From NCBI GenBank assembly GCA_964016885.1, contig OZ024743.1:271312001-271376000 (forward strand): a stretch of DNA of 64,000 nucleotides, in the 5' to 3' direction. The position numbers were made by a program, and so were the translations under genes. Of the stretch, positions 11,306-23,866 are shown one piece after another (the stretch's first letter is position 1; each line of letters opens with the position of its first letter). Source of the stretch: Eledone cirrhosa. Its lineage: Eukaryota. The notes beneath the pieces were generated by a model, which had not been told where the DNA came from, did no database searches, and saw nothing but the letters and a program-made list of their open reading frames with translations.

Positions 11306-14169
11306 AGGTTCATGTTTGTGTTTATAAGACTTCTTTGTAAATGGTGTTGGTGCTGTAGATTCCAGCAGCTGTTTGGTGCATGACTATCTTTGTAGTGGAA
11401 TGTCCTTCATTTTCAAGAATGTGATCATGTGTCTTTCTTTATTGTACATTGTCTTTAGCATTAATGAGACTTCTTTGAGAACAAAAGGTGTTAATGGTTA
11501 CTATATGGTCTCTCAATCATGTCAAAGGGCTGCTGGTAGTGGTTTTGGTGATGATGGTGGCAGAGGTGTTGGTTGTGGTGGAATCTGCAGAGCAGTGCAC
11601 AAAAAGACTTGTGGAATTTGTCCCTTTATATTCTGAGTTCAAATCCTGCCTTGGGTTTACTTTGCTTTGTCATCCATCTGAAGCTGATGTAGAGTTGACA
11701 CTTTTGATGACAAACAGTCCTAGTTCTATGGTACAGATCAGTTTGTTTTAAACCAACCCAACCAAAACTGACTCTGGTTCTATGAAACAACCACCCATTT
11801 TAAAAGGGTTCCTCTTTAAATTAAAATTTAACATAATTTTATTTAAATCATATGTTATTACCTTAGTAATGAAATAATTTTAGTAAATCCCTTAAACTTC
11901 ATTAATTAACTTCATTAGAAATGCACTCGCAAAAGAGTTCAAATGTTTATATTTATTTTAAAATCTTGATTTCTTTATATCTAACTGCCTGAAACCATTT
12001 CTATTTTTATGGTAACATTTTAAAATGTTAATCTAAAGACCTTCCAACATAATTTTATGTAATAACCTTTGTTAAATTATTCTCAAAACACTAGATAAAT
12101 AATGAGAAGATTGGTTATTTTACTAAATCCCTCCAAATTCTTGATTGTTTTCGAAATTATTTGAAAACCACAGGTAGTGATATTTGTTAGAAATATGGTA
12201 ACAAAAGGGTTAAATCATCATTCTATGCCAGAACCTTTATGTTCCAGACACCAGCTTGATAATGAATAAGTTAGTTATATAACTAAATTGTTCTTAATTT
12301 TTGATTATTTTAGTAGAAATATAGTAATGAATGGGTTAATAATTAACTATTTTTATGCTTTGTGTTTTAATGAAATTGCATAAAACGAGAGGCTTGTCAA
12401 GTAATTGCTTTTGTATTGTCCATATTAACTTGGCCAGAGTTTTGCCCTTCTAAGTCCATCACATGTTTACAACAAGTCTCATGTGTTGGCTTTTAGATCA
12501 TGAGCTAGTTTGTAAACATTTTGAATAAACAATTGAGAGGTAGAGCATTTGCTTAGTAATAAGATTCATGAAGAACCAAGTGAAATCAAGTCTGTGAAAT
12601 AGAAAAGATTAGACAATGTCTCAGTACCCAGGCTATCAGTCTATGTTGTTCCATATGGTGTGTGAAGGCTTGTAGCCTAATGTTTAAGGTGTTGGGTTTA
12701 CACTCCTAAGGTCATTCTTTTCGATTCCTTATTGGTTTGTCTATCCTTTCATTACAAGCACTGCCATTTAGCTGAAGCAAACATGTGGCCTTTATCTTCT
12801 GTTACATGTTGGAGGGCTGGGAGAGGATCAGGTAAAGAGCAGAGAGTAGCTGCATGGCCTTGTGGTTTGGATGTTTGGTCTCATCATAAAGTCATGGTTT
12901 CAATTTTTGGATTGGGCAGCACTTCGTGTTCTTGAGCAAGGCATTTCATTTCACATTACTTTTTCATGATAAAAATAGGGGCCCCTACCATTAAAACACT
13001 TGTGAAACCTATGCCATATGACTTTGTAAGAGGCTAGCTAATGGTGCATGTGTCAAACACAAAAGGTAAGAAAATGGCTCTGTGCCCAAGCTGCCAGTGT
13101 AAGTTCTTTTATACGGTGTGTATAACTTGACCAACTCTGCTGAACAAACTCCCATCCATGTGTTCTCTTGTGGTACTGGCTCCATGAGATAGGATCAAGT
13201 GTGAAAGCAAAAGTATGACACTATAATTGTTCACCTAAAATCCAGTACACATTTACTCTGGCATACTGCAGCTGCTGGTGGTTTTGACTTATGCATCTGC
13301 AAGTAGCTTTACACCAAGTCTTCATCTCTGAAATTCATTGGAAGTTACAAACCCAGCTCATTCTGTAAAGTGGTTGGAATTAGGAAGAGTATCCAGCCAA
13401 ATATAGGATATGTTAGCAAGAGGAGGTCGCTCTAACGTGATCTGTCACAGACTTTCACAACCTGCCAAACCATGTCATTGTCGAAAGTGGGTATAAAATG
13501 GTGATGATAATGATCAGTCTGGATATTCTCCATCTTCCTTGGCTGGTACTCATGCTGTGATGGTCTAAGAGAAGTGATGTTATGGATGACACTATCCCAA
13601 AGTATGTATGCTTGTGACTTGAGTCTGCATGTGAAAATTACATCTCTAATAAAACTCTGTTATTAACATAAAAATCCATGCACTTTCAGAATCTGTATAT
13701 TGCTAGACTGTCAAGTGTATCTTCTGATGAAGATTGGCAAGCTAATGAGGAAACTTCTGTGCAATTGCTTCACCTACTAAATGCAACAACTAAATGGCTC
13801 TCAAATTCCATGCTACTGTTTTTCAAAAGTTAGGGCACATTGAACAATATGGTTCTTGGTATTACAAAATGTTTGAGGTCTCTATCATTAAAATGCCTGA
13901 GAAACCTCAACGAGATACAACTTTATAGGGGTCAGTTAAACCTGCATAGGTGTGAGCTGTAAATTTCATTTTTTCTTCTTTTTTGTCTATATAAAATGAC
14001 ATGATCATAACCCAAACTTGGGTACTGATCTGGGTGCTAACCAACTACGGCATAGTTTATTTAGTACTTCATATTTTGTCACAGGTATTAGTACTTACTG
14101 GGTTATAAATAAGAGCTATAGCTCTACTACATGGCAGTCATCAATTGTAATGCATTTAAAAATTGTGCT

Positions 14170-14485
14170 AGCTCTCTTACTGACTATCACTACTTCACCA
14201 TATCTCTTACTGACCTACACCACTACCCCCCTCAACCCACTGACCAACTACTAATGCCACTACCACCATCACCCCATTTCCCACTGACCAACTACTAATG
14301 TCACTATCACCATCTCCCCTGCACCTCCCACCGCTTCCCACTGACCAACACTACCACAACCACCACCTCTTACTGATCTACTACTAACGCTACTACCACC
14401 ATCACTCCACTGCCTGTCACCACTTCTCACTGACCAACTACTAACACTACTACCACCATCTCACATTGACCAATGTCTCTTTCAC
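14170..14485. repeat. Degenerate tandem repeat with core CTGACCAACTACTAA..CACTACCACCATC
   Basis: About 7 imperfect units of roughly 40-50 bp. Confidence 0.7.
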
Positions 14486-14604
14486 TGATCAACAGTCATG
14501 ATACAAAATCACACAACATATGGAATTATTCAACATTGTTAGCTCCAGTTTGGATTGATCCAAGTGGTTCAAGCCTTGATCATCATAACTTTATTAAGGA
14601 ATAT

Positions 14605-15270
14605 TATAACTAAGATGACATTATTCCGTTGATCATCTCATCTTATGGTATAGTATAACTAGGATTACACCATCTAGTTGATCATCTCATCTTAAGGTAT
14701 AATATAACTAGGATTACATTATCTAGTTGATCATCTCATCTTAAGGTATAATATAACTAGGATTACACCATCTAGTTGATCATCTCATCTTAAGGTATAA
14801 TATAACTAGGATTATACCATCTAGTTGATCATCTCATCTTAAGGTATAATATAACTAGGATTACACCATCTAGTTGATCATCTCATCTTAAGGTATAGTA
14901 TAACTAGGATTACACCATCTAGTTGATCATCTCATCTTAAGGTATAATATAACTAGGATTACACCATCTAGTTGATCATCTCATCTTAAGGTATAATATA
15001 ACTAGGATTATACCATCTAGTTGATCATCTCATCTTAAGGTATAATATAACTAGGATTACACCATCTAGTTGATCATCTCATCTTAAGGTATAGTATAAC
15101 TAGGATTACACCATCTAGTTGATCATCTCATCTTAAGGTATAATATAACTAGGATTACATTATCTAGTTGATCATCTCATCTTAAGTTATAATATAACTA
15201 GGATTATACCATCTAGTTGATCATCTCATCTTAAAGGTATAATATAACTAGGATTACACCATCTAGTTGA
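14605..15270. repeat. 49-bp minisatellite, about 13 copies
   Basis: Unit TCTAGTTGATCATCTCATCTTAAGGTATAATATAACTAGGATTACACCA; a diverged solo copy lies at about 15422-15470. Confidence 0.97.
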
Positions 15271-16459
15271 ATTACAGGTAAATCACATTTATGTCAGCTG
15301 AGTGGTCTGGAGGAATGTGAAATAAACAATATGCCACCTGGCTGAGGAATCAAACACAAGCTTGCTATCATGAGCTAAACACCCTAACCACTAAGCCTCA
15401 CACATTTGAATTGCTTGATTCAGTTGATCATCTCATCTTGCTTAAGGTATGGTGTAACTAGGATTACATGATTCAGTGTCTCCTTCATTTTAAAAACATA
15501 TCCAGAAACAATCATACCCCTCACACCTAAACTATCTAGTGTTGACCACCATTAGTCCTTTCATTGCCATATTTCTAATGAAAAGCATTGTGTCATTTTC
15601 AAATATTAATGAAAATAAAAAGAATTTGGAGGAATTTTGTAATATAACTTTCTCATTATTAAGCTAACTTAAAGTTTCTTACATAAAACTATAATGAAAA
15701 GTTTTTAAATAACTGTTTTCTATCATAAAATCAGGGGTAGCTTTTGAAATCAAAAGGGTTAATGCAGCGACCAAATATCTTTATCACTGTTAGAATAGAA
15801 AACACTTGCTATTAAATTCTAAGCCTTAGATGTTATGAAAAGGCCAAGTGACCACTGGTCTAATGAACTACGGGGATTCCAGAGGTTCAAAAGGAAAGCA
15901 ACAACTGGACATATTGGTTAGTGTAAGGGACTGAGGGTGGGTGTGGACAGAAGACAGAGTACTGAGAGAGATAATGGAATCAGGAGTGTTGAGTGGGTGT
16001 AGATGAAACCAGATGGTGTCAGGAGTGGAGGTGGAATGAGACCGGATGGAGTCAGGAGTGTCTGAGTGGAGGTGATATGAGACTAATATACATATACACA
16101 ATCATTTCTGTACACTAATTTTGCATATGAAAATACTCATGACTTTTACTCACACTCATACAGTCACAATCACCTGACTCTGCACCTGATCAGAGAATCA
16201 CAACAGACACACACACACTCAAATACACTTGCATACATATTCACAATCAAAAGTATACTTGTTCTCAAACACACACACAAAATACACCTGTACACACAAT
16301 CTCTATCAAGTACAGACACCTGTTTTGCATGTGAAATAGTCACAATATACATTTTTATACACACTTTTAAATACAGTATGACACACTCATGAACAAAGAC
16401 ACTCCCATGCACTCAATCATGTGGATAGTTAGTTGGTGTATATTTAATATGATTCATAC

Positions 16460-16506
<47 letters not shown>

Positions 16507-16949
16507 GGCACGTGGCTTAGTGGTTAGAGCATTGGGCTTGCAATCGAAAGGTTATAAGTTCAATTCTCGGACCGGGTGATGTGTTGTTTCCTTGAGCAAG
16601 ACACTTTATTTCACATTGCTCCAGTTTACTCAGCTGTAGGAATGAGATGATAGGACTGGGGCCCCTATCATTCCACTGCAAAGTGGTTGTGGAGGTGCCA
16701 TGGCAAAAAAAAAAAGCACCCAGCCCACATTGTAAAGTGGACGTGTAGGCGCCATGGAAAAAAAAGCACCCATCACTCACTGTAAATGAGGTTGGTGTTA
16801 GGAAGGGTATCCAGCTGTAGAAATCAAGCCAGAATCAGTTCCCGTATGAGCAAGGCAAGGTTAGCTGACTGGACACTGCCCACAACAGGACAACCCGTCT
16901 AACCCATGCTAGCGTGGAAGAACGGACGTAAAACGGTGATGATGATGAT
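16507..16949 (+). mobile_element. tRNA-headed SINE family 1 with RTE-type 3' tail (partial antisense copy about 54945-55200)
   Basis: A box TGGCTTAGTGG, anticodon-like loop CTTGCAA, B box GTTCAATTC. 3' part shared with the RTE 3' UTR, ending GGACGTAAAA..(GAT)n. Confidence 0.85.
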
Positions 16950-18489
16950 ATATTCATTCATTTATGGGTTCAAAAATGGATAGAACTGGTCATTCTATAT
17001 AGTTAACCATGATGTAATAGGAAAAGCATTCTATATTATGCAACTCATCCATTGTTGATGTTGAATCGTGAAGCTGGTGCAGGAACGGAATTAAATATTA
17101 ATTTGATTAAAAGGAGGCCAGACTGGGGATATACTTTTAAAGTTTTATTGCTGCAAAAACATATATATTTCAATGGCCTGCTTACATAAATCCTGGCGAC
17201 ATCATCAAGTACAGATTGCATAATCACTTGATCAATATATATATATATATATATGAATATATAATCATCATTGCTCTTCAATGTCTATTCCATGCTTGCA
17301 TGGGGTAGATGGGTTGTCATGTTATGAGACAATTCAGGTCAGCTGATCATGTCTTGCTCATGCGGATTTGTATTTTGCTTTGGTTTCTATGACTGGATGC
17401 CCTTCTTACTCCAACCCCGTTACAGAGTGGACTGGGCGCTTTTCATCATGGCATCAAAATGACCATCTAACAGGATGAACTGGCTGCTTTTTTATCGGTT
17501 TACCAGCATGACCACCATACAGGGTGCACTAGGTAGTTTGTTGTGATAGTACAGGATCACCATACAGAGTGGGCATTTTTTTTTTTTTTTTGTGGTTTGG
17601 CAGGAGAAGTTTATCAGCGATAAGGAGTGGGGTTTGACATAGGTGAGGTGTGTGTGTTATTTAGCTGGTGAGGGGGGATGGAAGCTATTAAGATCGGGGA
17701 GGAGTAAAGAGTAGTTTGCAGCAATAGTAACTCCTTGAACTTTTTCCATCCCATTCTCATTCTGGCTACTTTCGGAACACCCACCTCCACTACTAATTTG
17801 GTAGAATCTTCTTGTAGGAAAGACAAACAGAATTTGTGTCACACTTCTAGAACTTTGTGAAGAATTTGGTCTTTATATTGTCAACATTCACTTTACATAC
17901 AAAGGTGATCACACAACATGTATGTATTTGAGGTCTGTAATATCAAATCCTTTCATCGTTCAGGTTGTTGGACAGACCATAGTTTTGTGTAAGCAAAGTT
18001 CCAGATTGTAATTAGGGTGCAAGAAAAAAAGGGAGAGTTAGGATTCCTTGATACCTGAATGTCTGCAAGATATATGATCCTGCAGTGAGGAAGGATCCTC
18101 AGAATCATTCATCCAGCATCAAAGATATGACAATATTGGAATAGTTTTGATGATGATAAGGTCCAGAAATCTGTCTGTAAAGTGTAATGCCCACAATGTA
18201 GGGCTATCAGTTTGGGCAGTGGAATCCAGTGCTTATTCATTATAAGAATATAAAATCTTAACTGTAACACGTGTCTTGTTCATCATATTCAACTACAACA
18301 ATAAAACAAATGCATACCTAATGGTAGAATCTTGCTTGTCACATTCAAGCTGCTACTGATGCTAATGCTAACAGCAGCTTTGTCATTTCAAGAGGCAGGC
18401 TTATGGACCTCTCTCTGTTGCATCTCTAATAAATTTTGTTATTTACTCATCGCAACAGATCCAAAGATTGGAAAGAAATAAAGCTTCCA

Positions 18490-19490
18490 TACTTCGATGG
18501 AAGTAATGTACATGAATGGCAAATCATAAATGAATTAAGAGGAAAACTGGGCATAAGAGGGATCAGATGCAATGTGGAGGAGAGGAGAATGTGTTGGTAT
18601 GGACATGTGATGCATATGAAGAATGGCAGCTATATAAAAAGGTGCAGGGTGCTCAAAGTTGATAGAAGCTATGGTTTAGGAAGATTTGGGATGAGGTGAT
18701 GAAAGCTGACTTTGCACAATTTCACCTCTTGAAGGTAATGACATAGGATTGAGATCTCTGACATTATGCAGTCATACAGAATACCAGCCTTCGTATGTGC
18801 ATGGGTTGAAACATACATCTAGTGTGCACTATCTTACCCTCCCCCTTGCACTTCCCACATCATACCACCTCTCATCCATGTTCCTACACCCCTACAGATA
18901 AGTGCCCACTCTAGATCAACCTGACTTCACCAATCTTCATGTACCTCCCCCAACCCAGCACCCAGTCCACACTGTAAAGTGGTTGTGTAGGTGTCACAAC
19001 AAAAAGTGCCTAGCCCTCACTGTAAAGTGTAGGTGTCATGTCAAAAGCACCCAGTCCACACTAAATGGGGTTGGTGTATGAGCAAGACATGGTTGTCTAA
19101 TCTAGCTTGTCTCACAGCAGGACACGTGTGTGTTACTCTATAAGGGGATCATGCTGGCGACAACAGAAGCCTCTTCCCTTTGTAAGTGGTTGTGCTGGTA
19201 ACATTACAAAAAGACACCCTGTCCACTCTGTAAGGTGGTCGTGCTAGTGATACGACAAAAAAGCACCCATTTTACCCTGTAAGGTGGTTGAGTTGGTGAC
19301 ATGAGAAAAAGCACGCAGCTGACCCTGTATAGTAAGCGTATTGGTGACACGACAAAAAGTACCCAGTTCACCCTGTCAGATGGTTGTTTTAGGGTCACAA
19401 TAAAGAGCAACCAGTCTATGCTGCAATGTGGTTGGTGTTAGGAAGGGCATCTAGCTGTAGAAACCAAGCCAGAAACAGTTCTGTATGAGC
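18490..19490 (+). mobile_element. Old RTE 3' fragment whose 3' UTR expanded into about 45-bp tandem subrepeats
   Basis: INELRGKLGIRGIRC..WYGHVM peptide, followed by repeated CACCCAGTCCACACTGTAAAGTGGTTG units. Confidence 0.75.
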
Positions 19491-20101
19491 ACTACTACTT
19501 TACACACTGGGTGCATATTGTATTGTTGACAGACATACATACATCTGTTGTACCACAGTGCTCTATAATATCAATTGGGTCAACAATCTCTTTCACGTTT
19601 TAGTAACTGAGTAAGTTAGTTTACTGCCACTCCAGATCACATGCCACACATCACATCACACCATGCCACACATTACATCACACCATGCCACACATTACAT
19701 CACACCATGCCACACATTACATCATACCTTATCACACCACTACCACATCTACATCCATGTTTATTGGTCTGCTAATGAAACTAGTAGATATTCTTTCTGC
19801 TCTTTCAGGTTTGGAATCTCTTGTTTCAGTTTTGTTATTTTATTATGGCTATGTGGATGAGAAGTTTACTTTGCAACCACATGGTTTTGGGTTCATTCCT
19901 GCTGCAGAGCACCAGTTTCTATTGTAGCCTTAGCCTGACCATTACATCATCTATCTTTCTATTCTTTTCTGATGAAGGATTAATGTCAGAAACGTTGACT
20001 TTTTTCCTACTGTATCAAGCGTTCAATTAGTATCTATCTTCATTGTACTGTACTGTTTTTTCTGTGTTGTTTATCCATTTACTTTTCACATACCTACATA
20101 C

Positions 20102-20137
<36 letters not shown>

Positions 20138-22616
20138 CATCATCATCATCATTTAATATTCATTTTTCCACATTTGCATGGGTTTGATGGTTTATGTTAT
20201 GAAACAAGTCAGATTAGGTGACCATGTCTTGCTCATGCAGATCTGTATTTTGGCTTGGTCATATGGCTGGATGCTCTTCACAACACCAACCACGTTACAG
20301 TTAGGACTGGGTGTTTTTCATTGTGTATTCAGCATGACCATTTTACAGAGTGGACTGGACGTTTTTTTCAAATTCATAGTCGTTTTGGTGCCATGTCAAA
20401 AAAGCACCTAGTCGACACTATAAAGTGGTTGTGTTGGTGACACGAGAAAAAGCACCAGTCCACACTGTAAAGTGATTGGATAGGTATCGACAAAAAGCGC
20501 CCAGCCCACACTATGAAGTGATTGCTTTGGTGCCATGTTAAAAAGTACCCAGTACACACTCTAAATGTGGTTGGCATTAGGAAGGACATCCAGTTGTAGA
20601 AACGAAACCAAAATCAGTTCTGTATGTAGAAGACGCTGTCATCTGATCTGGCTTGTCTCACAACAGGACAACTTGTCTAATCCATGCTAGCATGGAAAAA
20701 AATGGACATTAAATGGTGATGATGATATTACTGTTTTGGACTAAAGGATTAACGCTTTAGCATTTACATTACTCTATATTTAATATTATATCTTCATGGT
20801 AAAGGCTTTACCTCACATAGTATCAAATCTATGAGATTTTGATATTATTTATTTTGAGATCAATACCTTAACATCAACATGAGCGGCCGGTTACAGCCAG
20901 TTTGAACAAAAAGAGGTGAGAGAATTATGGCCGGTTAAAATGCTAAAGGGTTAAACCATCTCTTTCCTATGAGTTATTAGAGGCTTCATGTAATGGCGGT
21001 GGATTGGCAGAATCCTTTGAGCGTCAGACAAAATGCAAATAAATAAGGCAAAGTGGGTGTAGGGTTGGTAGGTGTTGTAACAATATTGCATTTCCCCAAC
21101 AGCATTAATCTGATACGAAATTACCTGAAATTGCCCTTCATTCTATGAAAAAGCTGTTTATTGTGAATTAAAAGCCTTCCATCATAATTTCATGTAAGCA
21201 CCTTTATGTTCCAAACACAACTTAATAATGAAAAAGTTAATTATATTACTAAATCCATTGAAAATTATATGTAGTACCTTCATTAGAAAAATGGTAACGA
21301 AAGGATGTGTATGATTTTTTTTTTTTACTTTTTCTTGTGCATGGGTGTGAGGAGTAGGGTTGATTGGAAGTTTGTGGATTGCAGTGGTTTGAATTTGTGA
21401 ATAGGTTTGGTTTGTAGATTTATTTACATCAGTCTTAGTTACATATATTTATATAAAACATTCCTTTGTAATTTTATGTAAGAATGTTTGTTCCAAACAC
21501 CAACTTAATGAGCAAATTATAATAGTAAATCCATTAAAATTCTTGATTATTTTCAAAATTAATTGAAAATTATAGGCAGTGCCTTTCATTAGAAAGAGTT
21601 AGTATTTCTATTTATCTAAAAACATTCCATTGTAATTTTGTAGAAGAACCTTTGATAAGTTATGTTCCAAATACCAACTTAATAATGAGAAAGTTAGATA
21701 TATTATAAAATCCATTCAAATTCTTCATTTAAAAAGAAAAAAATTAATTGAAAATTATTGGCAGTGTCTTTCATTAAAAATATAGTAAGGAAAGGGTTAA
21801 TGGTGATGAAATGCTATCAGGTGGTTGTGTTGATTGTCCTACAGTCTTGACATCTTGCTTCTATGGGCCTTGTCAATACTCTTTGGAAATGTTAGTTGTG
21901 ATTATGTAGGAAGAACAGCTGCTAGCTTTAGCAGTGTGAATCACCACAGTGTGTTGATCTAGTAGTGGTAGTGGTCACAGCAGCAGTAGTAGTAACAGCA
22001 TCTGTGATTACTATAGTATTACAAATGGTGGTTGAAGTGGTAGTGGTAACAGCAGCAGCAACTGTAGTAGTAATAGTAGCAGTAGCAGCAACTGTAGTAG
22101 TAATAGTAGCAGTAGCAGCAGCAGCATTTATTTTAGATAGCTATAGGAGCAGTTCTTTTTTGTAGTGGTGGTAGTAGTAACATCTGTGATTATTATAGCA
22201 TCAGAAGCAGTGTGCTGGTGGTAGTAGTAGTAGTAATCATTGTTCATGTTGCTACTAATCATTGCAGCACAGTTGTGAATTGTTTGTGTGTGTTTAGTGT
22301 GTACAATTCTGCCACACGCACACGCACACGCACACACACACACACACAATTGTGTGAAGTGGATCTGTTCAACTCATCCTCCCTCTCATATCCTCACTGT
22401 CACTCTCTTCCTCTCTCTCAATACAACAACAACAACTACTACTACTACTACACTTGTGGGAGTCTTATGAATGAATGAATTTACTAAATAAGAAACAAGA
22501 TTAATATAAATAAATAAATGAATAAATAGATATTTGGTTGAAGGAACCATTCTCTTTTATTCCATCTTTTGGTTTATATCATATCATCTTTCATTTTGTT
22601 TTCCATTGTTTGTGTG

Positions 22617-22661
<45 letters not shown>

Positions 22662-22962
22662 GAAAATAGAGAAATTAATGTAAGCAAGAAGCCAACAGTA
22701 ATTCAGATATATAAATAAATGATCGGAGGCCATATCCAGTTGATTCAGGTTTATTTAAGACTCCGTTATACATATTTCACTGAGCACTATCAGTTATGAT
22801 AGCCTGAGCTCTTCAGATGATAAAACCTAAACTAAACATTGAAAGTTCCTAAGAAACCTTTAAATTTGGAAAAATCCAATAATTTCCCCCCCAAAAGATT
22901 TTTTTTTAATGATACAGAGGGACAGCCGAATGCGTGGTGTTGTTTCTTCAACGGCTGGCTCC

Positions 22963-22998
<36 letters not shown>

Positions 22999-23015
22999 TA
23001 TATATATAGGCACAC

Positions 23016-23046
<31 letters not shown>

Positions 23047-23051
23047 GGCAC

Positions 23052-23082
<31 letters not shown>

Positions 23083-23087
23083 GGCAC

Positions 23088-23118
<31 letters not shown>

Positions 23119-23119
23119 G

Positions 23120-23186
<67 letters not shown>

Positions 23187-23866
23187 TGAGAGAGAGAAAA
23201 ATATACATATAAAGGATGAATTGACAGATTTGTTAGAACATTGGATAGAATGTTTTGTGGTATTCATTTCAGCCCTCTGCACCTGAGTTCAAATTTTGCC
23301 AATGTTAACTTTGCCATTCATCCTTTTGGGGTTGCTTAAAAAAAAGTATCAGTCTAGTACTGGGGTCGATGCTTCGTCTGTCTCACTTCTCCTCTATCAC
23401 TTGTTTTTCTGGAAGAAATCAACTGGTCACTGCCAGGTTTAAAATACCTGAGAAATGCATATGCCATGGTGCCCTTATGGGTCCACCAGGAGTTACGAGT
23501 CTGTATACTTACATATATATGTATGCAAAATGTAAACGGAAACAACAAAACAAAGAACACAGTACAATGAAGAAATATATTAGTTTAACACTTGATATAG
23601 TAGGAAAAGTGTTTTTAACTCTTTGGATACCGGTCATTCATCAAAAGATTGAATGAGAAATAAAAGATGAAATAGAAAGATAGTGAGATTCATTTTTGTA
23701 TTTGTTTTGCAAGATTCTTGTTGTGAAGTTGTTTGGTTGTTTGTTGAAACATACTTTGAGAGTGTCATGCTGCCATGACCCTCTCAAAGTATAATGATGT
23801 GTGTTATTTACTGGTTTCAGTCATTAGACTTAGGTCATGCTGGGGCACTGCATTGATTTAGTTGAT

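Noticed and set aside
10940-11383. Cys/Tyr/Val-rich ORFs (also 934-1225, 21965-23282, 36036-36690, 52683-53467)
   Set aside because: Translations of microsatellites and minisatellites. The 971-1225 ORF overlaps the ATP6V0C exon in the wrong frame.
13724-13754. Hammerhead core CTGATGA...GAAAC
   Set aside because: The stem II closing pair and stems I and III are absent.
14605-15270. CRISPR-like array
   Set aside because: Units are contiguous and near-identical with no unique spacers; the context is a eukaryotic intron with no cas genes.
16507-16580. tRNA-Ala(TGC) gene (also at 44070 and 61888)
   Set aside because: The acceptor stem does not close and the sequence runs on into a SINE body with a LINE-type tail.
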